Source: Bacilli bacterium
Lineage (GTDB): Bacteria > Bacillota_I > Bacilli_A > RFN20 > CAG-826
DNA length: 64,000 bases
Assembly (NCBI GenBank): GCA_045628045.1
Contig: JAZQOV010000003.1
Coordinates: 64,001 to 128,000, forward strand
Direction: 5' to 3'
Each line of letters begins with the position of its first letter. The first letter of the stretch is position 1. The position numbers were made by a program, and so were the translations under genes. This document shows positions 35,526 to 44,635 of this stretch, piece by piece. The notes beneath the pieces were generated by a model. That model was not told where the DNA came from, did not search any database, and saw nothing but the letters and a program-made list of their open reading frames with translations.

Positions 35526-36159
35526 AAATATCCATCACCCTATTAGATATATTCAATAAGTCTAGATACTCTGCAAGTAAAATATAAACTTTTCGCGGAT
35601 ATCTGATTTCTCTAATGCATTTTTCAAAGACATGATCACTATAGTGTTTCATCAATAAAGTGCCAATAACAGCTCTATAAGCGAGTTTATCACTTTCTGG
35701 CATCTCATCTCTTAAATAGATTAATTCCATCGCTTCCATGATGAATTGAATATCAATAAGATAAAAATCATTTTTCGTTTCGTATAATTGAATATTTAAT
35801 TGTTCAATCAATTTATTTCCATCGGTATAACTCGTTATTATTTCAGCAAGTGATGGTTCATCATAAATAAGTTCGTGTTCATACAAAAGAGATCTACCAC
35901 ATTTTAGGCCTCTATAATTTTTTGTGTAAAATTCAATAACTCTATCCCTATCGCTTAAATCTGAATCGCCAATTAAATAAATGCCTTTTGAAATTTTCCT
36001 TAATATGCCTTCTTTAGAAATTCTAGAAATATATTTTCTTAGATTATCAATGGAAATGTCAGGAAATACATGCGTTGATACATAGCTAAAATCTAAAACA
36101 CCACCCAAGTGGTTTCTCAAGTAAAGTCTTATTTGTTCAGTATCTGTTAGTCTTGCCAT
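35488..36159 (-). CDS. AbiEi-like (type IV TA antitoxin / DUF6088-like) winged-helix protein
   Basis: LRKYISRISKEGILRKISKGIY, G..LLYEH.L; leaderless start after TGnTAGAAT; 23-bp palindrome upstream. Confidence 0.65.
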   Translation of the reverse strand: MARLTDTEQIRLYLRNHLGGVLDFSYVSTHVFPDISIDNLRKYISRISKEGILRKISKGIYLIGDSDLSDRDRVIEFYTKNYRGLKCGRSLLYEHELIYDEPSLAEIITSYTDGNKLIEQLNIQLYETKNDFYLIDIQFIMEAMELIYLRDEMPESDKLAYRAVIGTLLMKHYSDHVFEKCIREIRYPRKVYILLAEYLDLLNISNRVMDIYEDKLRLCVCKK

Positions 36160-36423
36160 ACTCATATTCTAACATAAGAGTGAATTTAATTCACTCTTTT
36201 TTTGAAAAAGTTCACTTAACTCATAACCTGCGGAGGTAGGATTTGAAACCTTTCCCACATCCTGCCGAGGTAATTTTTAAGAATGAAGCAATTTTATCAC
36301 AAATTTAAAAAACGAGACATTGTCCTGTTTTTGGCTATAAATAATTATGTAATATTATATACATAGTATATAAGCATGAAAAAAGACAACCTCACTGATG
36401 TAAGATCGTCTCGTTTTCTCGAA

Positions 36424-36501
36424 TGGTTGCGGAGGCAGGATTTGAACGCTGCGACCTCAAGGTTATGGGCCTTGCGAGCTACCAGGCTGCTCCACTCCGC
36501 G
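36424..36501 (-). tRNA. tRNA-fMet (initiator, CAT)
   Basis: CGCGGAG...CTCCGCA ACCA with C1:A72 mismatch; anticodon CAT; C33 and one extra base in the T-stem. Confidence 0.9.
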
Positions 36502-36620
36502 ATGTGGTTTATATAATAATATAATTAAAAGTTCTTTTCAAGTTATAGATTTTTTTACAAAACTATTTTTACTTATTTTAAGAAATATATATAATATATA
36601 AGCACTTTAGAGGAAGAAAT

Positions 36621-37505
36621 ATGGATAAACATTCATTAATTAATCTTGTAAAAGAGCTTATTGCTTTAGAAGATTTATCAACAAGAGGTGAGGATCTCCT
36701 TTTTATTAAAAAAGAATATAGATACTTACTAAATAAAGAAGAAGAATCATTTTATGAATCAAGTCTTACAAATGAATTCATGTCTTTGTATGATGAACTC
36801 GCTAAAAAGGCACCAAAACTTAATCAAACATCTTTAGATGAAAAGAAAGAAATCATCGAACTTACCAAGAAACTTCTTGAAAGAAAAGACATTGTAAAAG
36901 CTGGTAAAGACTTAGAAGCTTATTCAGAAGCTTTTAGAAAAGCTGGTAAATGCACTCAAGAACAAGATGATGCATTATGGGCAGAATTTAAAGTTTTAAA
37001 AGATAAATATTACGAAAATAGAAGAGCACACTTCGAAGCAATTGATAAATCAAATGCAGAAAAGAAAGCTCAAAAAGAAGCAATTATTGAGCAAGCAAAA
37101 GAACTTCTCGTAATTAAAAACATTAAAGAATCCAATGAAAAAATGGATGCATTAATGAATTCTTGGAAAGAAGTCGGTTTCTCTGGAAAAGATAACGACG
37201 AAGAACTTTGGCAAAAATTCAGTGAAGTTCGTAAAGAATTTAACTTAAAGAAGAAAGAACATTACGAAGAAATGCAAAAAATCTTTGAAGAAAGAGCAGC
37301 CAAAAAAGAAGAAATGATTAAAGTTGCTAAAAAGATTCTTGCAGACAGTGATTTCTCTAAAGAAGAAGTTCAAAAAATTAAAGATCTTAGAAGCGAATTT
37401 AATGCAATCGGATTTACTGGAAAAGATAAAGACGATGACTTATATGAACGTTTCAACGAAGTAATTAAAAAATACTTCGATGACATGAAGTTCTACACAT
37501 TCTAA
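36621..37505 (+). CDS. DUF349-like helical repeat protein
   Basis: Three repeats of K..II..AK...W/F..G.......D.LW..F. Confidence 0.75.
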   Translation: MDKHSLINLVKELIALEDLSTRGEDLLFIKKEYRYLLNKEEESFYESSLTNEFMSLYDELAKKAPKLNQTSLDEKKEIIELTKKLLERKDIVKAGKDLEAYSEAFRKAGKCTQEQDDALWAEFKVLKDKYYENRRAHFEAIDKSNAEKKAQKEAIIEQAKELLVIKNIKESNEKMDALMNSWKEVGFSGKDNDEELWQKFSEVRKEFNLKKKEHYEEMQKIFEERAAKKEEMIKVAKKILADSDFSKEEVQKIKDLRSEFNAIGFTGKDKDDDLYERFNEVIKKYFDDMKFYTF

Positions 37506-37509
37506 AAAG

Positions 37510-37530
37510 AAAAGGGCTTAAGCCCTTTTT
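37510..37530. terminator. Bidirectional terminator
   Basis: AAAAGGGCTTAAGCCCTTTTT between convergent genes. Confidence 0.8.
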
Positions 37531-38386
37531 ATTTTAATAATTTTCTAGCCTCTACAGCATTCTCTAGGAAGTGATGAGCAACTGCCAAGAAATCAAATCC
37601 ATGCACCGCTCCTTCTCCACGGTAATGCTTAATAATAGCAACTAAATACCATTGAAGAGAAATGTCGATTCTCCATAATGCATAACGTTTTAAACCATCT
37701 TTAAGAGGAACAAGTTTTTCATATTCTTCAAGAAGTTTTTTACCTTCAAGAACATCGCCATTTCCGAATGTTCCAATGTCATAAACCGGATCATTATTTG
37801 CAGCGAACTCAAAGTCAATAAACATGTAATTATCATCGTTTGTTTTTACAATATTGCTTCTTTGAGCATCGTTATGTGCAAGTGTTAATTCTTGAGAAAG
37901 TAGGAACTCTTTATTGTTTTGAATTAACTCATAGAGTTCATAGAACTCTTTATCAAATTCTTTAACGTGAGTTTCTGCTTCTTTTTTAAAGTTCGCTAGA
38001 CGAGTTAAAGGATCATAATAAACACTTGCTTTCTTTTTCGAAGAATGAAGCTTGACCATTAACTTTGCGACTTTTTTGTAATCAAATTCATCAACAAGAT
38101 TAATAGATTTTCCATCAATAAAACGATTAATCTTTACTCCTTTTTCAAGGTCAAAATAAATGTTTTCAGAAGTTATTCCTAAATCAAACGCAATATTTTG
38201 AGTTTCTTTTTCTAACTTTCTGTCCACCATTTCGTTTGCTTGAGCAGTTGAAATGTAATAAACAAATTTTCCTTTGCTAGATTTAACAATGTAGGCTTCG
38301 TTCATCATTCCACCTACAAGTTCAGAAACAATTTCAGCATCATTTCCAATAATGCTTTTTAATAAATTAAAATTTTCTTCTTTCAT
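37529..38386 (-). CDS. Choline/ethanolamine kinase family phosphotransferase
   Basis: GGMMN, HNDAQRSN, FIDFEFA. Confidence 0.82.
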   Translation of the reverse strand: MKEENFNLLKSIIGNDAEIVSELVGGMMNEAYIVKSSKGKFVYYISTAQANEMVDRKLEKETQNIAFDLGITSENIYFDLEKGVKINRFIDGKSINLVDEFDYKKVAKLMVKLHSSKKKASVYYDPLTRLANFKKEAETHVKEFDKEFYELYELIQNNKEFLLSQELTLAHNDAQRSNIVKTNDDNYMFIDFEFAANNDPVYDIGTFGNGDVLEGKKLLEEYEKLVPLKDGLKRYALWRIDISLQWYLVAIIKHYRGEGAVHGFDFLAVAHHFLENAVEARKLLK

Positions 38387-38390
38387 AAAA

Positions 38391-39416
38391 TTACCATTTA
38401 TTAGTTACTTTTTCCGCAAAACCTAACATGTTTTCGAAATAGTATTCCTTTCCATCAACCAAAACATAACCTGAGAATTTTCCAAACACTTGATTTTGAA
38501 GCGATTGAATTACTCCAGCATTCATATTCGCATGTCTATTTAGAATTGGCGTAAACGTAATGTTAATGTCGCCTGAAATACTTCTAAATTTCCATGGTTC
38601 TAAGAATGAATCACCGCCGCTTTTACTAATTGGAATATCAAAGTGAACATCTTCAAGTTTCCAGGACTTATCTTCATAAAAGAAGATATTTTCAGAATGT
38701 GTCGCGTTATTTCCGAATCCATAACCTAAGTTAAATCCGATTCGTTTTCCTTCAAATTCTCCTGACATGCTGGACCAATACCAAGTATTCTTGTATGTCC
38801 AGACTCCACGCCCCCAATCTAAAACACCATAAGTTTTTTCATTAAAATCAATAATTTCATCGCCAACTTTAACATAACCATTAGCTTTTAGAAGGTTGAT
38901 CTTTTGGTTGTAATAGAAATGCTTGTCTTTATTAAATGGGGTGGCAACCACCATTGAATCTTTGTTTGTTTCCTCAAGATATAAATCAAGTCTTAAATCT
39001 TTTTTGTCTTTGGTAAATTTTTTCCAAAAACACTCAAGATGTCTTTTACCATTTTCATGCTTAAATGTCATGAAAACAGTTTTATCGTGATAAATCACAT
39101 CTCCTTCTTTTGAGGAAGATGGTAAATTAGTTTTACCAAAGGTAAAAAATTTCATTACTGACTTAGTAATGTCGTAAGGTTTTTCAAAATCAAGAAAAGA
39201 TAAGGAACATAAAGACATGTAAGAATTATCTGCAATTGTAAGTGCGATTCCATACTTAGAATTACCAACATAATAGTAATCCCATTCCTTAATTCTCCAC
39301 TTCTTTGCTTTAATATCTAAACGGTTATATTCCTTCACTAATGAATTAGCATAGCCAGCCTCAAAAAGGTTGCCTTCTTCATTAAGTAGTTTTCCTGGTT
39401 CTAATTTAATCTGCAT
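38391..39416 (-). CDS. DUF2804 family protein
   Basis: RIKEWDYY, FYYNQK, LDWGRGVW, GFNLG, QVFGKFSG. Confidence 0.8.
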   Translation of the reverse strand: MQIKLEPGKLLNEEGNLFEAGYANSLVKEYNRLDIKAKKWRIKEWDYYYVGNSKYGIALTIADNSYMSLCSLSFLDFEKPYDITKSVMKFFTFGKTNLPSSSKEGDVIYHDKTVFMTFKHENGKRHLECFWKKFTKDKKDLRLDLYLEETNKDSMVVATPFNKDKHFYYNQKINLLKANGYVKVGDEIIDFNEKTYGVLDWGRGVWTYKNTWYWSSMSGEFEGKRIGFNLGYGFGNNATHSENIFFYEDKSWKLEDVHFDIPISKSGGDSFLEPWKFRSISGDINITFTPILNRHANMNAGVIQSLQNQVFGKFSGYVLVDGKEYYFENMLGFAEKVTNKW

Positions 39417-39560
39417 ATACTTCTCTTTATACGTTTAAGTATTACTTATAAGCGTAAATAAAATTATAGCACTCGCACAATATAAACAAAAATTATTTAT
39501 TGAAAATAATCTTTAAGTGCTAAAATGAAATTGCAAGTTACTCAAAAGGAGAAACTAATT

Positions 39561-41006
39561 ATGAAAAATAAAAGGGTATTACTTTTAGTGCCAGCACTTA
39601 TCTCGCTTGGACTTGGAGGATGCAAAAACGAAGAGAAAAAAGAATGCTACTCCAAAGCAAATCTAAGTGAAATTTTACCAAACAGTAGAATTTTTGAAGT
39701 TAACTACGACAAAGTTGATTACGAAGCTGGAGATGAATTCTGGGCAGTAAATAATGACAACTGGGCAGGCGGATGCTCTGCAGTCACTAAAAATATTGAT
39801 GGCCATCGTATTGTCGGACGTAACATGGACCTCAATTATTCAAACAAAGCCGCCTACATTTTACGTACGGGGGCAAACGAAAAAGGATACAAGACCATAG
39901 GTCTTGCATATACATTCCGTGACTATGCAATGGATTATTCTGTTGTTAAAGAAAAAGGTCTCACAAATGAATTTAGAGACATTCTTCCATTCCTTTGTGA
40001 TGATGTTATGAATGACCAAGGACTTCATATTGAAGTCAACATGAGACACGCTGAAGTTGATTTCTCAGGGTTTGATCAATTCTCACTTGAAGGCACAAAT
40101 CCAGGTAAACATAGAATTCATATGTTTGAACTTCCTCGTTACATTGCAGAAAATTGTAAAACCGTTGAAGAAGCAAAAAATCTAGTAAATAACGAATTAG
40201 ATATTTACTCAAAGAATGGATATTGGGACTATTGTTTCGTTATTTCTGATTCAAATGAAGATGGCTCTGTTCAACATTCTTCCCTTCTTGAATTCTCCGC
40301 AATTGGAGATCTCGGTTATATTTATAACTCACTTCCAGAAGAAGCAAAAAGACCTGGTATTAGCGAAGTTAAAGCAGTCAACTGGATTGATGAAGAAGAT
40401 ATCGACAAAGTCGATTGGTTAAGAACTGGTCCAACCGGAAATGAAACCTTCTACAAGATGAACGCTTTAGCACAAACAAACTTCTACATTAACTGGTGGG
40501 CATTTGAAAGACAAGATGTCAAATCAGGTGAAGGTAGATTTATCACCATGCAAAAACTTATTCCAAGTGTAAATTCTAAAGAAGATATGTACAATCTTAT
40601 GAGAAGAATTTCTTATTCATCATTTTATGATGAATATGATATTGTTAACGATTATCACTTTGATCCAAGAAGTGAAAACTTAGGTGAAGGACAAGGTTTA
40701 ACTTATGATTTCCTCTTCTCTGATGAGTATTTTCCAATTGTTAAAGAACTTCTTAATGCTTCAATTGCACCACAAAAAGAATATGGTTTTGAAGAAAGAA
40801 TTGAAAATCATATGTGGGAATCAACATTTACAGAAGTTGTAGATGTAACTGAAAGAAATATTGAAGTTAGATTCTTTGAAAACGAAGACTTTAGATTCAA
40901 AGTAGATTTCGAAGGAACTACTAAATTAGAGAAGTTAGATGCTGTTGATTGGACTCAATTTACAAAAGTAAGTGAGATTCCGCTACCAGCGCTTGATAAG
41001 GAATAA
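39561..41006 (+). CDS. Ntn-hydrolase lipoprotein (choloylglycine hydrolase / linear amide C-N hydrolase family)
   Basis: Lipobox LGLGGC; GG|CSAV nucleophile, GRNMD, D.MN..GL, QTNF; AAGGAG RBS before MKNKR. Confidence 0.78.
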   Translation: MKNKRVLLLVPALISLGLGGCKNEEKKECYSKANLSEILPNSRIFEVNYDKVDYEAGDEFWAVNNDNWAGGCSAVTKNIDGHRIVGRNMDLNYSNKAAYILRTGANEKGYKTIGLAYTFRDYAMDYSVVKEKGLTNEFRDILPFLCDDVMNDQGLHIEVNMRHAEVDFSGFDQFSLEGTNPGKHRIHMFELPRYIAENCKTVEEAKNLVNNELDIYSKNGYWDYCFVISDSNEDGSVQHSSLLEFSAIGDLGYIYNSLPEEAKRPGISEVKAVNWIDEEDIDKVDWLRTGPTGNETFYKMNALAQTNFYINWWAFERQDVKSGEGRFITMQKLIPSVNSKEDMYNLMRRISYSSFYDEYDIVNDYHFDPRSENLGEGQGLTYDFLFSDEYFPIVKELLNASIAPQKEYGFEERIENHMWESTFTEVVDVTERNIEVRFFENEDFRFKVDFEGTTKLEKLDAVDWTQFTKVSEIPLPALDKE

Positions 41007-41019
41007 TTCAAACTTTAAG

Positions 41020-41050
41020 AAAAAATCGGCTATAAGCCGATTTTCTTTTT
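41020..41050. terminator. Intrinsic terminator (bidirectional)
   Basis: AAAATCGGCT/AGCCGATTTT stem with T-tract. Confidence 0.75.
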
Positions 41051-41083
41051 GACTAATGTCTTTAGTGGACTGAAATAATACAT

Positions 41084-41121
41084 TTTAATTGCATATTTTT
41101 CACGAATTTTATGCAATTAAA
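41084..41121. repeat. 38-bp palindromic site, left copy (contains the Fic stop codon)
   Basis: TTTAATTGCATA-14 nt-TATGCAATTAAA; 37/38 identical to 42194-42231. Confidence 0.9.
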
Positions 41122-42157
41122 TTTTGTAATATTTAGCGTATTTGCCACTCTGAATCATTTGAATTTTTAATGAATCAGTTAACTCTTTTAATGATTTTTC
41201 AATTGTGGTTCTAGATAAATTAATTAAAACTTCCTCAATTTCAGCTTTTGTTATAGGTAGTTTTGAATCATTAATAACTTTAAGCACCTTATCGTTTGCA
41301 ACACCACTCATGTTGTTGGTTTCAATAATATATGCGAGTTTTTCATAACCTTCCTTGAGACATTTGAGCATAAAATGGGTAAAGAATGCATAATCATTTT
41401 TGTCTTCATGCCAACCTATTGATGATTTTTCTAAGGTTTCATAGTATTCATTCACGTTGCTTAAAATAACATACGACAAAGAATAATATTGATCTAATTC
41501 ATAACCATACTTTAGCAAAAGGAATGTTGTTAATAATCTAGAAATGCGGCCATTGCCATCATAAAAAGGGTGAATACATAAAAAATCAGTAATAAAGACA
41601 AAGATTGTTAATAATTTGTTACAATCTGGATCTTTCATGCATTCGTTAAATTGATAGACAAGGTTTCCCATTAAATCATCAACCTCTTCTGGTTTTGAAG
41701 GGATAAAGACTGTTCTAACCAAATTTCCTTTTGAATCAAACTCTCTAATATAGTTTTGTTCAACCTTGTATTTACCGCCAAATTCTGGAGTAATTGATTG
41801 ATATAAAAAGTAATGTAAATCCTTAATGTAAGACTCAGAAAGAGATTGATATTTGTAAACTTGAAATACATTCTCTAATGCATTGTTGTAGCCTAGCAAG
41901 AAATATTCTTCTTTGGTTTCAGGGTCCATATGTTTTAGCAAAATATCATTTTCTCTATATTTTTCAACTTTAATGCCCTCAATTTCATTTGAACTAGTTA
42001 CACTTCTTCTTTTATTTAAATCATGTAAACGGTTCAATTTAATCTTTGACGGTAAATTAAAAGTTTTGCCTCTATTAACCTCAACTGATTGGATCATTGA
42101 AATTATCAGCGGATCATTTAGTTTTAACACTTGTTCTTTAAGATTTATGAATTTCAT
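41117..42157 (-). CDS. Class II Fic protein with C-terminal winged HTH
   Basis: SNEIEG inhibitory motif, HPFYDGNGRISR; leaderless start after TTGACT-17-TATTAT. Confidence 0.9.
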   Translation of the reverse strand: MKFINLKEQVLKLNDPLIISMIQSVEVNRGKTFNLPSKIKLNRLHDLNKRRSVTSSNEIEGIKVEKYRENDILLKHMDPETKEEYFLLGYNNALENVFQVYKYQSLSESYIKDLHYFLYQSITPEFGGKYKVEQNYIREFDSKGNLVRTVFIPSKPEEVDDLMGNLVYQFNECMKDPDCNKLLTIFVFITDFLCIHPFYDGNGRISRLLTTFLLLKYGYELDQYYSLSYVILSNVNEYYETLEKSSIGWHEDKNDYAFFTHFMLKCLKEGYEKLAYIIETNNMSGVANDKVLKVINDSKLPITKAEIEEVLINLSRTTIEKSLKELTDSLKIQMIQSGKYAKYYKI

Positions 42158-42193
42158 GTCTATATAATAATATAGCCAAAAATCTGAGTCAAG

Positions 42194-42231
42194 TTTAATT
42201 GCATATTTTTCGCGAATTTTATGCAATTAAA
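42194..42231. repeat. 38-bp palindromic site, right copy (just upstream of the Fic -35)
   Basis: Direct repeat of 41084-41121, 1110 bp apart. Confidence 0.9.
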
Positions 42232-42437
42232 AATTTTAAATAAAATAAAATCCCTCCTTCTTTTGCCTCAATCTTAGGCAAAATTTTGGGGGAGGAGTTT
42301 CAATTGCGATGGCAAAGGTGAATAGAAATGATACAATGATACCTCTTCCCAGGAGAAAAACGCGACATAATCCTGAATTCAGCCAGTTTAGTACCCTGTT
42401 CTACCTTACGAATCGGTAAAACATACGCTTCCTCCAA

Positions 42438-43037
42438 TCAGTCCAACGTAGGCAGAACACGGAACCTGAACACGCATGGTTTCCGCCCCTCGGTATCGTG
42501 GGGAGAAGATACGATTTCCATCAGTTCAAGCTTCACATTCAACATGATCTCATAGTGAAACTTGAAATGCCCTCCACAGCAATAGCAGTATTCGCGAGGA
42601 ATGGCATATTCCAGCTTCACCTTGCTGACCGTTGGGCAAACGCATTGATACTTTCCATCCGCGTAAACGCTCGCGCCCGTGACGATGATATCGCCGTTTT
42701 CGTCAAGATGTGCCTGCCCCATGTAAAGCTCAGGTTTTTTGCTGATAAGTGCAAGCTTTTCTTCCAATGTAAGATCTGCATTTTCTTTTGCGAAGGATTT
42801 CGACGCTTTTTCTCTGGTACCGCACTTGCAGCAGGCATTGGCTTCGAAAATTTTCTGTACACGCTCCCGAGGAAGCCTTTCATTCATCACATCAAGTGCC
42901 CGCTTAAAAAAGGCGGATTTGATTTTCTTGTTCGTCTTGGAAACAATCCCGTCAAAGCCCTGATATATTTCATCAATAATATCCTGACTGACCCTAAAAT
43001 CGTCTAAAGTTTTTCTGAATTTTTCCGGTGATGCCAT
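42438..43037 (-). CDS. Cys-rich hypothetical protein (DUF6144-like), high-GC foreign gene
   Basis: ACCKC, CVCP, YCYCCGGH, PCVF; GGAGG RBS; GC clearly above flanks. Confidence 0.65.
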   Translation of the reverse strand: MASPEKFRKTLDDFRVSQDIIDEIYQGFDGIVSKTNKKIKSAFFKRALDVMNERLPRERVQKIFEANACCKCGTREKASKSFAKENADLTLEEKLALISKKPELYMGQAHLDENGDIIVTGASVYADGKYQCVCPTVSKVKLEYAIPREYCYCCGGHFKFHYEIMLNVKLELMEIVSSPHDTEGRKPCVFRFRVLPTLD

Positions 43038-43494
43038 ACTGTTATTCCTCCTGACTATGATAGAGTTAAAAATACAAGGTAACCTCTAATAATTAGGTTA
43101 TCAATTAAATTTTATCGGTTTTCGTGTTTTTTGAACAGCAAATTCCAAAACCGAGATCATTGAGTGTTAATATTATTAATAAGCGCTAATAGTCCAAGTG
43201 AGCGCTATTAAGATTTAACTGATTTTCAGTTGTTTAAAATAAACGACTAAATGCTAGTCTCAATTGCGAAAAACCTATAAAAAATTCAATTAAATAAAGA
43301 AAAAGGCTGATTTTATCGTTTCCGATTGTATCAACCTTATTCTACTTTGATGTCTTTCGTGGACTGAAATAATACGGATTCCCAACATTGGACTGAAATA
43401 ATACAAATTTTCGCCATTTTTGTGTGTTTACAAATATTTTTTTAATTTTATTTTTAGATAATCTATTAGGGTTCGAACTCTAATAGTTAAGCAA

Positions 43495-44430
43495 TTACAA
43501 CGAGAAAAATGCTTTTTTAAGTAAAAAGTCTTTTACCTTATTATTTTTTGATTCATAGAATTCTACTAATAACAATTTGTATTCTTTATCTAAATTATCT
43601 GGAACTGAGATATATCCAAGACCATGACTAATTAAATAGGTATTTGCAAATATAAGAGCAGTTCTTTTATTACCGTTACTAAAAACTTTAGTTTTTACAA
43701 GATAACAAAGCAAATCAATTGCTTTTGCAACGTCATCATTTTTACTATTTAAAATTTGATTAATATTTTGAATAACTCTTTCTTTTGTAGGAATTTCAGG
43801 TCTATACGAGCAGCCTCCAATAATTACATTGGTTGTTCTAATTTGATCTGGATAAGAAATTTGTCGATCATTAACATATCCTGCAATCGTGCAAAGTACA
43901 TCAAAGGTTGTTCCTCTCCTAACTGTGTCTTCATCAAGAACGTATTGCCAAGCATTTTTTAAATTTAAAATTGTTAATGTATCATCAAAACTAACATTTT
44001 TAGAAGAACCCTTTTCCAAGATTTCTTCTGTATCTAAAAACGTAGCACTTACCCCTTCAACTATTGCTTGACCGTAAATTATCGTATTTAAGTTATTTCT
44101 TACAAAATCTAAATTTATTAAAACTTTAGAATCAAGATCATTTATGTTTACACCAAGTTTAGCTAGTTTTGTTTTAACACTGCGTAATTTGAAATTTAAT
44201 TCTTTTACACTTTTTGTTAATTCTTTTAAATCATTATAGAAAGATTCAGTGTAAACTCCAGCATATTTAGAAGATAAACGATCATATTTCTTATATCTAA
44301 GATATATATATTTCTTTCCGCTAATTTCTTTTACTTCTGGATAACCTTTAAAATTAATTTCTTTTAATTGAAATTCTAGATCTTTCTTTTGAGTAAGAAG
44401 TTCATTAACTAAATCATTACTATTTCTCAT
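43495..44430 (-). CDS. Fic/Doc-family protein with degenerate active-site motif
   Basis: AIVEG, KVFSNGNKRTA (no catalytic His; Doc-like NKR); AAGGAG RBS. Confidence 0.78.
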   Translation of the reverse strand: MRNSNDLVNELLTQKKDLEFQLKEINFKGYPEVKEISGKKYIYLRYKKYDRLSSKYAGVYTESFYNDLKELTKSVKELNFKLRSVKTKLAKLGVNINDLDSKVLINLDFVRNNLNTIIYGQAIVEGVSATFLDTEEILEKGSSKNVSFDDTLTILNLKNAWQYVLDEDTVRRGTTFDVLCTIAGYVNDRQISYPDQIRTTNVIIGGCSYRPEIPTKERVIQNINQILNSKNDDVAKAIDLLCYLVKTKVFSNGNKRTALIFANTYLISHGLGYISVPDNLDKEYKLLLVEFYESKNNKVKDFLLKKAFFSL

Positions 44431-44635
44431 TTAGGGTGATTTCTCCTTACTTATATTATACTATTTTCTCCCTAAAAGTAAAGAACTATTTAGGGTGATT
44501 TTCATCATTTCTAATTCTATCATTTTCTCCCTAAAAATCAATCTTTTGACGTTTTATAAGAAATAAAAAAATCAGCATAATACCGATTTCTTTAAGTTTA
44601 TGTTTAACTCGTCTAATTTGGACGGGGCAACATTC

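Larger units (their letters stand above)
32283..36446. mobile_element. Integrase-less genomic island at the tRNA-fMet 3' end carrying an R-M system
   Basis: 18-bp GCGGAGGTAGGATTTGAA at 32283 and 36230 duplicates tRNA sequence at 36429 (one mismatch). Confidence 0.75.

Noticed and set aside
42498-43007. 169-aa plus-strand ORF
   Set aside because: Antisense shadow of the Cys-rich gene; elevated GC lowers stop frequency.
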